Positions 1 through 9,185 of a stretch of 32,000 nucleotides of DNA are shown here, in pieces (the stretch's first letter is position 1; every line of letters starts with the position of its first letter). This DNA is from Candidatus Baldrarchaeota archaeon (GTDB lineage: Archaea; Asgardarchaeota; Baldrarchaeia; Baldrarchaeales; DXJG01), in NCBI GenBank assembly GCA_019056805.1, contig DXJG01000002.1:74735-106734 (forward strand), in the 5' to 3' direction. The notes beneath the pieces are model-generated. The model saw nothing but the letters and a program-made list of their open reading frames with translations, made no database searches and was not told where the DNA came from. The position numbers and the translations under genes are program-made.

Positions 1-455
1 ATAGTCCCCGATGGAACTAGCGGGGCTTCTTCTCCCATGTGGAGAAACGCTGTGGAAACTCTCGCTTTATCATCAATTCTACAGAATCCTCTTTCGCCTT
101 CCAATCTGTTAACTTCACAGCGTCTTTCACAAAAACAACACTTCTGAAGAATACGGCAGGCAATTTCTACCTTCAAATCTAGATAAGAAACTTTAGGAGA
201 ATCTAAATCTTCAAGATTTACTTGATTACTATCAATTTTCTTAAGTAGAGATCTAAATCTTTTACTCGCTTTATTGTGCGCAAACCAAAGTCTTTCGATG
301 GGAGCATCTAAACTTACATCAACCGATACTTTTTTAGCGATTAAAAACTTAGCAGGCAAATTACCTTGCATAATAGCATAATATCGCCTAAGTCTTTCCT
401 TTACTTCAATATTACGCCAAACAGCAACAGCATCAGGCCTATAAAACATCCACAA
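1..455 (-). CDS. PflX-like radical SAM protein (COG1313-type), 5' part only; runs off the window edge
   Basis: Manual translation of the minus strand (absent from the ORF track): (M)WMFYRPDAVAVW...CCFCERRCEVNRLEGERGFCR...STAFLHMGEEAPLVPSGTI. The CERRCxVNR and HxGEExPLVPSGTI motifs are typical of PflX-like proteins. GGAGG lies upstream; the start is TTG 455 or ATG 449. Confidence 0.8.
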   Translation of the reverse strand, partial: MWMFYRPDAVAVWRNIEVKERLRRYYAIMQGNLPAKFLIAKKVSVDVSLDAPIERLWFAHNKASKRFRSLLKKIDSNQVNLEDLDSPKVSYLDLKVEIACRILQKCCFCERRCEVNRLEGERGFCRIDDKARVSTAFLHMGEEAPLVPSGT

Positions 456-588
456 ACCCAACAACCTCCAGATTCATCCAATACAAAATAAGATTAGCAC
501 ATTATATCTACATTTCTAATAGACTCTTATACCACAATAAAGAAGTTTTATCCTAACAAAAATGTAGGTCAAAAGAAGAAGTTAAAAT

Positions 589-2406
589 TTACATCACTGT
601 TACTGATTTTGCTAGGTTACGAGGTTTATCTGGATCCACTCCTCTTTTTACAGCTACATAATAGGAAAACAATTGAAGTGGGATTATATAAGTGATTGGT
701 GAAAATATAGGAAACGTTGACGGTATTTTGAAGGTAACATCCGCTAGTTGTGGGACTTTTTGATCTTTTTGATCTACTACTGCTATTATTTCTGCTCCCC
801 TGGCTTTCATTTCCATAATATTCCCTATTATATGTTTGTGTGTTTCATCTGGAGGCGCTATAAAGACGCACGGATATCCAGGTTCTATTAGTGCAATGGG
901 TCCGTGTTTAGATTCTCCTGCCGGATAACCTTCTGCATGAATATACGATATTTCTTTTAGTTTTAGAGCTCCTTCTAATGCCGTTGCTGTACTTATCCCT
1001 CTTCCCAAGAAGTAAAAGTTACTTTTTAGATAATACCTTTCTGCCATGGTTTTCGCTTTTTCTTCGTGCACCTCTATGATTTCTTTCACTTTTTGTGGTA
1101 TTTGATATAATTCTGAAAGTAATTGTTTCGTCTCTGTTTCTGCTAATGATCCATTTTGTTTTGCTAAATTTATTGTTATTAATGCTAAGGTTGCAAGTTG
1201 TGTTGTAAAGGTTTTTGTTGCTACCACGCCTATTTCTGGTCCCGCCTGCATGTAAATCGTGTGATGAGCAATTCTTGTTATAGAACTTCCCAAAACATTA
1301 GTTATTGCTAAGATCTTTGCACCATACTTTGCTGCATGTCTTACAGCATTTAATGTATCCGCTGTTTCTCCCGATTGAGTTATTGCTATAATTACAGCGT
1401 TTTCATCTAATGTTTCTCCTACAAGTTCTGGAAACTCAGAAGCAATTATTGCCTGTGAATATGTTTTTGCAAGGTTCGAAAACATGTACGCGCCAGTTAA
1501 CCCTGCATGATAAGAAGTACCAGCAGCCACAAAATATATTCGGTTCGCTTTCATTAAGTTTTCAACAAAAACATTTACGTATTCTGGACGCACTCTAAGT
1601 GTGTCTTTTATCGCTCTGGGCTGTTCATGTATCTCTTTTAGGATAAAGTGAGGAAATCCACCTTTTTGAGCCATTTCTGCAGTCCAGTTTATAACCTTAA
1701 CTTCCTTAGTTAAAATCTCTCCATTAAGATTTTGTACAGTCACACTATATGGAGTTAATACTGCTATTTCACCATCATTGAGAAAAATCACTCTATTTGT
1801 CATTGGCAAAAACGCTGGAATATCTGATGCGCAATAAACAGCTTTTTCACCAATTCCGATAACTAAAGGACTGTCCTTTCTAGCACAAACAATTTTATTT
1901 GGCTCGTCAGCATAAATGACAGCTATAGCGTATGAACCTTTTAACTGTTTAAGAGTTTCCCTTACAGCATCTGCTAAATTGTAACCCCTTTTTACATAGT
2001 TTTCAATTAAATGTGAAATAACTTCGCTATCTGTCTCTGATCGAAATACATGGCCCTCTTTTTCGAGTTGTCTCCTTAGTTCCAAAAAGTTTTCTATTAT
2101 TCCATTATGTACAACTGCTATTTTTTCTGTACAGTCGGTATGTGGATGGGCATTATGTTTTGATGGTGCCCCATGCGTCGCCCATCGAGTATGTCCTATA
2201 CCTACATGTCCTGGAAGCGAATCAAAATTTAATTTTTTATGAATTTCGTCGATTTTTCCCTTATCTTTCTTTGTGTGCAATGTGGAGTTGTATATAGTTG
2301 TTATCCCTACTGAATCATAGCCACGATACTCTAATCTCTTAAGACATTCCCTTAGTAAACTTGCAACCTTTTGATTGTTAGACGCGATGCCGATAATACC
2401 GCACAC
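589..2406 (-). CDS. glmS: Glutamine--fructose-6-phosphate aminotransferase (isomerizing)
   Basis: N-terminal MCGII catalytic Cys, LEYRGYDS, GHTRWATHG, SQ/TQSGET, and C-terminal DKPRNLAKSVTV. GTG start with GGAGG upstream. Confidence 0.98.
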   Translation of the reverse strand: MCGIIGIASNNQKVASLLRECLKRLEYRGYDSVGITTIYNSTLHTKKDKGKIDEIHKKLNFDSLPGHVGIGHTRWATHGAPSKHNAHPHTDCTEKIAVVHNGIIENFLELRRQLEKEGHVFRSETDSEVISHLIENYVKRGYNLADAVRETLKQLKGSYAIAVIYADEPNKIVCARKDSPLVIGIGEKAVYCASDIPAFLPMTNRVIFLNDGEIAVLTPYSVTVQNLNGEILTKEVKVINWTAEMAQKGGFPHFILKEIHEQPRAIKDTLRVRPEYVNVFVENLMKANRIYFVAAGTSYHAGLTGAYMFSNLAKTYSQAIIASEFPELVGETLDENAVIIAITQSGETADTLNAVRHAAKYGAKILAITNVLGSSITRIAHHTIYMQAGPEIGVVATKTFTTQLATLALITINLAKQNGSLAETETKQLLSELYQIPQKVKEIIEVHEEKAKTMAERYYLKSNFYFLGRGISTATALEGALKLKEISYIHAEGYPAGESKHGPIALIEPGYPCVFIAPPDETHKHIIGNIMEMKARGAEIIAVVDQKDQKVPQLADVTFKIPSTFPIFSPITYIIPLQLFSYYVAVKRGVDPDKPRNLAKSVTVM

Positions 2407-2567
2407 TAGCGAACCTCCAAAATCGGTGAGGAGGTATCTACTTCAGATAACTTATTAAGTATTATTAAGAAAATATTTAGAATTGTCTAGTCAACTTTTT
2501 TACATACAAATAGCCGCCCTCTGAAAGCAAGAGTAATTTTGGACAAAAAGAAAGGAGATCATACTTT

Positions 2568-2628
2568 TAACTTTAATATTAAGTTAGGAACAGTAACTAT
2601 TATAAAATCATTTGTAATATTATAAAAT
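2568..2628. promoter_or_regulatory. Promoter region with a near-palindrome and tandem TATA-like repeats upstream of the wHTH regulator
   Basis: TAACTT-TAATATT-AAGTTA at 2568-2586. TATTATAAAAT occurs twice, at 2598-2608 and 2618-2628. The sequence is AT-rich, so chance occurrence is possible. Confidence 0.35.
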
Positions 2629-2637
2629 ACATTTTAC

Positions 2638-3600
2638 ATGGAGGTAACTTGCTTGAATCCTTATGTACTGTTTAAGAGAGAAGACAAGTATGTTGTTGTT
2701 CCCGCTAAGCTACTTGACGAACCAAACAAGATATTGGCAGTTGCCAATCCACTAAGAATAAAAATTCTGAAAATACTTGCAGAACAACCCATGTATTCTC
2801 GTCAATTAGCCAATTTCCTAAAAGTTGACGAACAAACCATATATTATCATGTTAAGTTTTTAGAAAAAGCGGGTCTTATAAAACTTCAAAGAAGAGAGGA
2901 GAAAAAGGGAGCTGTAGCAAAATATTACACAGTGGAGTCGCCCAGTTTAGTATTTAACCTAACTGAACCAAAAGATGTTGAAGAGTTTATCTTGCCTAAA
3001 GTCCCGCTAAGTGAAAAGGCCAGAAATTTCTTAAATCCTCATTTAAAAAATGGAGATTTAGATACGCTTATTATAATTGGAAGCCCTGATTCACATGGCC
3101 CATATAGAAGCCAAGCAAGAGATGGGCACTACGCGGTAGATTTAGCCATTTTTCTTGGGTCAATTTCCCGTTGTGAACCAAATTTTATTACACGATTAGA
3201 CACTGAAATAAGGGAAAGTGATTTGAAAAGAAACTTAATATTAGTGGGCGGTCCAATTGTTAATACTGTGACATATAAGATTAATGAAAATCTTCCTATC
3301 TACTTTGATGTAAGTCATCAAAGTAGAATTGTTTCAAAAATATCTCATAAAGTATATTATGAAGATGAATGTGGTATTATTGTAAAGATATCCAATCCTT
3401 TTAATCCTGATAATACAGGCATTTTAGTTTTAGCAGGAAAACGTTATTGGGGTACACGAGCAGCAATAATAGCCGTTGTTAAACATCTTGATGAAGTTGC
3501 AGAGAATAATTTTTATAATTCTGATATTCCAGCAAGGGTAGTTAAAGGTATAGATGAAGACAGTGATGGAATAATCGATACTGTAGAGTTCCTAGAGTGA
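2638..3600 (+). CDS. ArsR-like winged-HTH regulator with a C-terminal S-layer-C-like alpha/beta domain
   Basis: LANPLRIKILKILAEQPMYSRQLA...IYYHVKFLEKAGLI wHTH, followed by NLILVGGPIVN and LVLAG...GTRAA motifs and a terminal DEDSDG loop. The real start may be TTG 2653, since GGAGGT lies at 2640-2645. Confidence 0.75.
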   Translation: MEVTCLNPYVLFKREDKYVVVPAKLLDEPNKILAVANPLRIKILKILAEQPMYSRQLANFLKVDEQTIYYHVKFLEKAGLIKLQRREEKKGAVAKYYTVESPSLVFNLTEPKDVEEFILPKVPLSEKARNFLNPHLKNGDLDTLIIIGSPDSHGPYRSQARDGHYAVDLAIFLGSISRCEPNFITRLDTEIRESDLKRNLILVGGPIVNTVTYKINENLPIYFDVSHQSRIVSKISHKVYYEDECGIIVKISNPFNPDNTGILVLAGKRYWGTRAAIIAVVKHLDEVAENNFYNSDIPARVVKGIDEDSDGIIDTVEFLE

Positions 3601-3635
3601 AACACAAATAGAAAATTAGTAAGAATATTACGCAG

Positions 3636-5567
3636 GTGAAAAGTTTGGAGGAAAAATATGACTACAAAAAACTAGGATTTAAAGCCGGTTTAGAGATTCA
3701 TGTTCAACTTGATACAAAGAAAAAACTCTTTTGCCGTTGCCCTGTAATTCTCCGTACGGACGAGCCAGATTTCTATGTCAAAAGATTTTTCAGACCAGTT
3801 ATGGGCGAGATGGGAGAATTCGATAAAGCTATGCTAAGAGAATTTGAAAAGGGACTAACAATAATCTACGAAGGGTACAATGACACTACATGTTCATACG
3901 AACTCGATGAAACACCACCGTTCCCTCTTAACGAAGAAGCCATAGAGATAGCACTCATGATATGCCTATTATTAAACTGCAATGTTGTAGACGAGCTACA
4001 TGTTTGTAGAAAAAATTACCTAGATGGTTCAGTTCCCTGCGGTTTTCAAAGAACAATCTACATTGGAGGAGGCGGATATCTCCCTATCAATGGAAAGAAG
4101 ATAAGTATCTTACATGTTTATCTCGAAGAAGAAGCAGCAAGAAAAGATGATAAAAAGAGTAAAGGGAAAACTGTTTACTACAAACTTGATCGACTTGGAA
4201 TACCACTCGTTGAAATAGTAACAGGTCCTGATATGCATACACCACAAGAAGTTGTAGAAACCGCAAAACGTTTAGGTACGCTTTTAAAAACAACCGGAAA
4301 AGTTAGAAGAGGACTTGGCACCATAAGACAAGATATAAACGTAAGTATCGAGGGAGGAGCAAGAGTAGAGCTAAAAGGTATACAACTTTTAGACATGATA
4401 CCTAAAGCTATCAACATGGAGATTAGAAGACAACTCGAACTTATAAAAATAAAAGAGAAACTCAAAGAAAGAAACATAAAACCAGAAGACATCAAAGAGA
4501 ACTTTATAGATGTAACACAAATATTTCAAGATACTAAATGCAAATTTTTAAAGAAAACCATAGAGAGAGGTGAAAAAGTTCTAGCCGTAAAACTTAAAGG
4601 ATTTGGTGGATTATTAGGCAAAGAAATACAACCAAACAGAAGATTCGGAACAGAACTCTCAGATCGAGTAAAAGCTTATACAACTCTAAAAGGCATAATA
4701 CATTCAGATGAGAACTTACCTGCATATGGATTTTCTGAAGAGGAAATTAAGAAACTTTTTGAACAAACAGAAAAAGGTGAAAATGATGCCATAGTTATAG
4801 TGGCTGGCGAAGAAAACGAAGCTAAACGAGCATTAAAATTGGTTATTGAACGTGCCCGAACAGCCTTAAAAGGAGTTCCGGAAGAGACCAGACAGGTAAA
4901 AGAGGACGGAACATCATCCCTCCTTAGAGAACTACATGGCCAAGCAAGATTATACCCGGACACAGATACACCACCTATTACAATTTCTAAAAACCGAATA
5001 GAAAAAATAAGAACAAATCTCCCAGAATATCCTTGGGATATGAAGAAGAGAATAATAAAAGAATATAATTTAAGTAATGAATTCGCAGAACTACTTATTT
5101 ATGAGGGACTAGCTAGCTTTTTCGAAGAAATTGTGAAGAAATACAATTTATCTCCAGTCTTAGTAGCGTCAACCTTATTTCAAACATTAAAAGCCTTGCA
5201 CAGAGACGGTATACCAGTAGAAAATCTTACACAAGAACATTTGAGAAAACTGTTTGAATCACTATCTCATGGAATGTTTGCTAAAGAAGCAATTCCTACC
5301 ATATTGACCCTATGGGCTAAAAAACCAAATCAAGAATTATCTAGTATCTTAAAGGAAGCAGGAGTTTTGGCTATTTCAGAAGAAGAACTTAAGGAAATCA
5401 TTCAAAAAATTATTCAAGAAAACATGAACTTAATTAGAGAACGTGGAACGGGAGCCTTTGGGCCTTTAATGGGTAAAGTTATGAGCAAAGTCCGGGGCAG
5501 GATAGATGGAGCAACAGTTAGTAGGATACTCCAACAAAAAATAAAAGAGGCGTTACATAGCGATTAA
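3636..5567 (+). CDS. gatE: Glu-tRNA(Gln) amidotransferase subunit E
   Basis: GLEIHVQLDT..KLFCRC, DGSVPCGFQRT, LDRLGIPLVEI, GLGTIRQDINVSI, GAD insertion, RLYPDTD and a C-terminal Yqey-like tail. Confidence 0.97.
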   Translation: MKSLEEKYDYKKLGFKAGLEIHVQLDTKKKLFCRCPVILRTDEPDFYVKRFFRPVMGEMGEFDKAMLREFEKGLTIIYEGYNDTTCSYELDETPPFPLNEEAIEIALMICLLLNCNVVDELHVCRKNYLDGSVPCGFQRTIYIGGGGYLPINGKKISILHVYLEEEAARKDDKKSKGKTVYYKLDRLGIPLVEIVTGPDMHTPQEVVETAKRLGTLLKTTGKVRRGLGTIRQDINVSIEGGARVELKGIQLLDMIPKAINMEIRRQLELIKIKEKLKERNIKPEDIKENFIDVTQIFQDTKCKFLKKTIERGEKVLAVKLKGFGGLLGKEIQPNRRFGTELSDRVKAYTTLKGIIHSDENLPAYGFSEEEIKKLFEQTEKGENDAIVIVAGEENEAKRALKLVIERARTALKGVPEETRQVKEDGTSSLLRELHGQARLYPDTDTPPITISKNRIEKIRTNLPEYPWDMKKRIIKEYNLSNEFAELLIYEGLASFFEEIVKKYNLSPVLVASTLFQTLKALHRDGIPVENLTQEHLRKLFESLSHGMFAKEAIPTILTLWAKKPNQELSSILKEAGVLAISEEELKEIIQKIIQENMNLIRERGTGAFGPLMGKVMSKVRGRIDGATVSRILQQKIKEALHSD

Positions 5568-5582
5568 AACATAATTTAATCC

Positions 5583-6962
5583 TTAAAGTTCTTTTATAAT
5601 TTTATCAATTTCCAGGATTCCACCTTGAAGAACGATATAACCATTATAGGGCTCTCTCTCAGTGATTTCACCAGCAATATTTGTTTGCATAAGTTTCTTT
5701 ACTTCATCCATGTTTTGTGTATGACCTAAAACCCACATTAACTTCACATATGCCACTTCTGGAAGCATGTTCATACCCGGAATTACACCAAAATTTAAGA
5801 GATCTCTTCCTGTTTCATAAACATTCATCCCAACAAAACCCCAAAGACATTGAGTAGTCATAACAACTGGGATATTTTCATCGATTGCTCTCTTTACAGC
5901 GTCAAAAAGATAAGTTGCAACATGGCCTAGTCCGGTTCCAGCAATTACAATTCCTTTATATCCAGCGTCGACAAAATGATGTATAACATCTGGCCGCATT
6001 CCCGGGTAAAAATAGATCAAAGCCACATGGTCTTCAAGTTTCACATCCACAGAAACGGAACCTTCTGTTCTTTTTCTGTAGTCATTTCTGAACATCGTAA
6101 TTTTTCCATTTTCAACTTTACCAAGTGGAATATCACCAATTGTTCTAAAAGCATCCCTGCGAGAGGAATGCATCTTTCTAACTCTGGTACCTCTGTGAAT
6201 TAATGAGTAATTATCACTCGTAGTTCCATGCATGCAAACGGTAACTTCAGCAACATCACCTTTTGATGCAAGAGTTACTGCATTAATTAAATTTACAGCA
6301 GCATCGCTGGACGGTCTGTCACTACTTCTTTGGGAACCCACTAACACGACAGGAACAGGCAGGTTTCTCAACATAAACGATAAAGCAGCTGCTGTGAAAC
6401 TCATAGTATCCGTCCCATGACCCAGAACAACTCCTTGCGAATTGTTTTCATTGATTTCTTTCTCGACCTCTTTTGCAATTTTAATCCAATGTTCAGGAGT
6501 CATATTTTCACTAAATAATTCAAATAAGAGTCTTGGATAAACAAAAGCTATATCCGCCAATTCAGGAACCATACTGTAAAGTTCTTCTGGAGTCAAGGCA
6601 GGAATTACAGCACCACTACGATAATCAAGTCTACTAGCGATCGTACCTCCACACCCTAACAAAGGTATTCTTGGTTTTCTTTCATCAGGTTTTACGGAGG
6701 GAGATGGAAGTTTATACTGTCCAGGCTCATAACCGATTTCTTTCATCTCAATAATGTCATCAACATTTAAACCAGTGTTATATCCCGTGGGAAGCTTAAT
6801 CGTGATATGTCTATCATCAGCGAGTTGATATCTGGGTAAAATTATTCCTCGAAAGCTTCCGGTTTTTGTGATAACCTCTACAACACTCCAAACTTTTACT
6901 CCAAATTTTTCTAGTATTTTTCTTGCTTTTCCTCTATAACCTTCATAAACATCTTCATTCAC
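5583..6962 (-). CDS. gatD: Glu-tRNA(Gln) amidotransferase subunit D
   Basis: N-terminal GatD domain (HITIKLPTGYNTG) plus an asparaginase fold: GGTIASRLDY, HGTDTM, GSQRSSDRPSSD, KMHSSRRDAF. Confidence 0.97.
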   Translation of the reverse strand: MNEDVYEGYRGKARKILEKFGVKVWSVVEVITKTGSFRGIILPRYQLADDRHITIKLPTGYNTGLNVDDIIEMKEIGYEPGQYKLPSPSVKPDERKPRIPLLGCGGTIASRLDYRSGAVIPALTPEELYSMVPELADIAFVYPRLLFELFSENMTPEHWIKIAKEVEKEINENNSQGVVLGHGTDTMSFTAAALSFMLRNLPVPVVLVGSQRSSDRPSSDAAVNLINAVTLASKGDVAEVTVCMHGTTSDNYSLIHRGTRVRKMHSSRRDAFRTIGDIPLGKVENGKITMFRNDYRKRTEGSVSVDVKLEDHVALIYFYPGMRPDVIHHFVDAGYKGIVIAGTGLGHVATYLFDAVKRAIDENIPVVMTTQCLWGFVGMNVYETGRDLLNFGVIPGMNMLPEVAYVKLMWVLGHTQNMDEVKKLMQTNIAGEITEREPYNGYIVLQGGILEIDKIIKEL

Positions 6963-6973
6963 TTACAAACACC

Positions 6974-8572
6974 TCAACTTATATGTTTAGAAACATATGG
7001 ACCGTCTTTTCGATAACCTAAGGAATAGTAGTATTCTCTTACTCCTATACCACTAGTTACTAAAATCTTTTTAGCATCAAATTCTTCTCTAGCTATTCTC
7101 TCAGCTTCCATCAACAACCTTCTACCATAACCTCTATGTTGCCATTCTTCTTCCTCAGGAACTTTTCCCAACTTAACAAGGGGGCCATAAACATGTAATT
7201 CCCTAACAATTGCTGAGGGCGTTTCATTAATTTCAGGCCTATGCGCTTTTTCAGAAGGTATTCGTAATCTAAGAAAACCTATCAAAATATCATTTTTAAC
7301 ATCTTCATAAGAAAGAAATAATTCTACACCTTCAGAAGCTTTGTACTTCAAGGTTTTCAGTCTAATATTCTCGATATTAGGTTCTAAACCTAATTTTAGC
7401 ATTACATGACCTACTTCCCGGCAACGAATGCAATAACATCTTTCTCCTAGCTTTCTAAGTTCCCTCCAAACAATTTCCCTTAAATTTCCTTTCTTAGGTC
7501 CAGCAGCAATAACTGTTGCTGGTATATCACGCATAACACGCTTAATACGCACATACCTAGGAATATACTTCCTTTTTACCTCAACTAATAACCTAATGAG
7601 CTCGTCGTCAGTTAAAGGGCTATATCTTCCCTTTTGCCACATATCATATAAGGTAGTTCCAGGAACAACTAAAGTAGGGTAAATCTTTAATTCATCAGGC
7701 TTAAATCTGGAATCAGAAAAAACACGTTTAAACATTCTAAGATCACGTTCAAAGTTTGAGCCCGGCAATCCAGGCATTAAATGATAGGTTACTTTAAGTC
7801 CTGCATCTTTTAATATTCTGGTAGCTTCAACAACATCTTCTACACTATGTCCCCTTTTAACTAAATCATAAATATAATTGTAAATAGTTTGTACACCAAG
7901 CTCTACCCTTGTAACTCCCATCTTTAACATACGATCCACATGTTGCACCTTACAAAAATCGGGTCTAGTTTCTACGGTAATACCAACATTTCTAATGTCA
8001 GTTTTTTCTGCTTTGTTCTGAGCTTCTTCTAAAGTCATAGAATTATCATTATTCATAGCATCTAAACATCGCCTAATAAACCACTCCTGATAACAGAGCG
8101 GATAAGCAGGAAAAGTACCACCCATAACAATTAATTCAACTTTATCGATGGGATGGCCAATAGTTTTTAACTGTTCTAAACGATTTTTAACCTGGGCATA
8201 AGGATCAAACATGTTGTGTAAAGCTCTCATAGTAGCAGGCTCACGACCAGTATAACTCTGAGGAACGTCCCCAAAAACAGAATCAGGACCACCAGGACAA
8301 TAAATACAACGACCATGAGGACATGGATAAGGTTTAGCCATAACAGCAACTATCGCAACACCAGAAATAGTACGGACAGGCTTTCTCTTCAAAATTTTCA
8401 GAAGTTTATCCCTCAAATCGGGAGAAACAGAACTTAAAATTTCAGAGTTACTAGGTATCCTATCTAGCCCGTACTTTTTACAAACTAAAGTCTTAATACG
8501 ATTAACATCTTCCTCTGTTAAAATTTCACGATTTAGGAGTTCTTCTATAATTTCCCTATAAATGACTTCCAA
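6974..8572 (-). CDS. elp3: Elp3 tRNA uridine(34) acetyltransferase (radical SAM + GNAT)
   Basis: RTISGVAIVAVM, CPHGRCIYCPGG, QSYTGREPA, ELGVQT, RELHVYG and QHRGYGRRL. Confidence 0.96.
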   Translation of the reverse strand: MEVIYREIIEELLNREILTEEDVNRIKTLVCKKYGLDRIPSNSEILSSVSPDLRDKLLKILKRKPVRTISGVAIVAVMAKPYPCPHGRCIYCPGGPDSVFGDVPQSYTGREPATMRALHNMFDPYAQVKNRLEQLKTIGHPIDKVELIVMGGTFPAYPLCYQEWFIRRCLDAMNNDNSMTLEEAQNKAEKTDIRNVGITVETRPDFCKVQHVDRMLKMGVTRVELGVQTIYNYIYDLVKRGHSVEDVVEATRILKDAGLKVTYHLMPGLPGSNFERDLRMFKRVFSDSRFKPDELKIYPTLVVPGTTLYDMWQKGRYSPLTDDELIRLLVEVKRKYIPRYVRIKRVMRDIPATVIAAGPKKGNLREIVWRELRKLGERCYCIRCREVGHVMLKLGLEPNIENIRLKTLKYKASEGVELFLSYEDVKNDILIGFLRLRIPSEKAHRPEINETPSAIVRELHVYGPLVKLGKVPEEEEWQHRGYGRRLLMEAERIAREEFDAKKILVTSGIGVREYYYSLGYRKDGPYVSKHIS

Positions 8573-8715
8573 ACATATCCCTCACAGTCAAAATTGCCCT
8601 GACTAACTAGTAAGAACAGTCATCAAATCTAACCTGTAATTTCCCTAAGGAAATAAAATCAAAACAAGATATGAGTATTTCTATAAACAATAAATCGCTA
8701 TTAAAATGAGAAATG

Positions 8716-8877
8716 TTATACGGGCTGTCCACTAGACTTCTTAAGGACCACATACTTAATGTAATTCTTTCTATTTCTCACACGTGGAACTAGACTTCTT
8801 CTAGGCTTACCTTCAACTTTTGGAGTCTGATTTCTAACTTTTCCAGCCTTACTTAATGAACCGTGTGAACCAGGCAT
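8716..8877 (-). CDS. rps30e: 30S ribosomal protein eS30 (S30e), 53 aa; missed by the ORF track
   Basis: Manual translation: [53 protein letters not shown]. HGSLxxAGKVRxQTPKV is the eS30 signature. A GGTGA RBS precedes the ATG. Confidence 0.96.
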   Translation of the reverse strand: MPGSHGSLSKAGKVRNQTPKVEGKPRRSLVPRVRNRKNYIKYVVLKKSSGQPV

Positions 8878-9113
8878 AATTTATCACCGATTCTAACCTT
8901 TTAATTTTCCTTATTAAACTTTATGTTTGATACTTTCTATAAAAATAATATTTTCAATCGTCAACCAGCAAAATTCGTAATAAACTCGAATTTCATAGAC
9001 TTCAAACTCTCGATAGAAAATGAAATATAACCAGACAAAACATGTTAGAACACTTTTATAGCCACCTACTTCGTGGAAAAGCTTAAATTAAAGGTCTGAA
9101 CTGTATAATTAAT

Positions 9114-9163
9114 GAAACATGATTGATACGCTAATTTTCTGTTTAACGTATCAATCATGTTTC
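9114..9163. repeat. Perfect 17-bp inverted repeat with a 16-nt spacer, ending 22 nt upstream of the protease start
   Basis: GAAACATGATTGATACG (9114-9130) and CGTATCAATCATGTTTC (9147-9163) are exact reverse complements. Confidence 0.95.
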
Positions 9164-9185
9164 TAAACTTTTTGAGGCGTATAAA

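Noticed and set aside
8585-8635. TGATGA on the minus strand and repeated CAGTCA upstream of elp3
   Set aside because: No matching CTGA D box, and the stems are only 5-6 bp.
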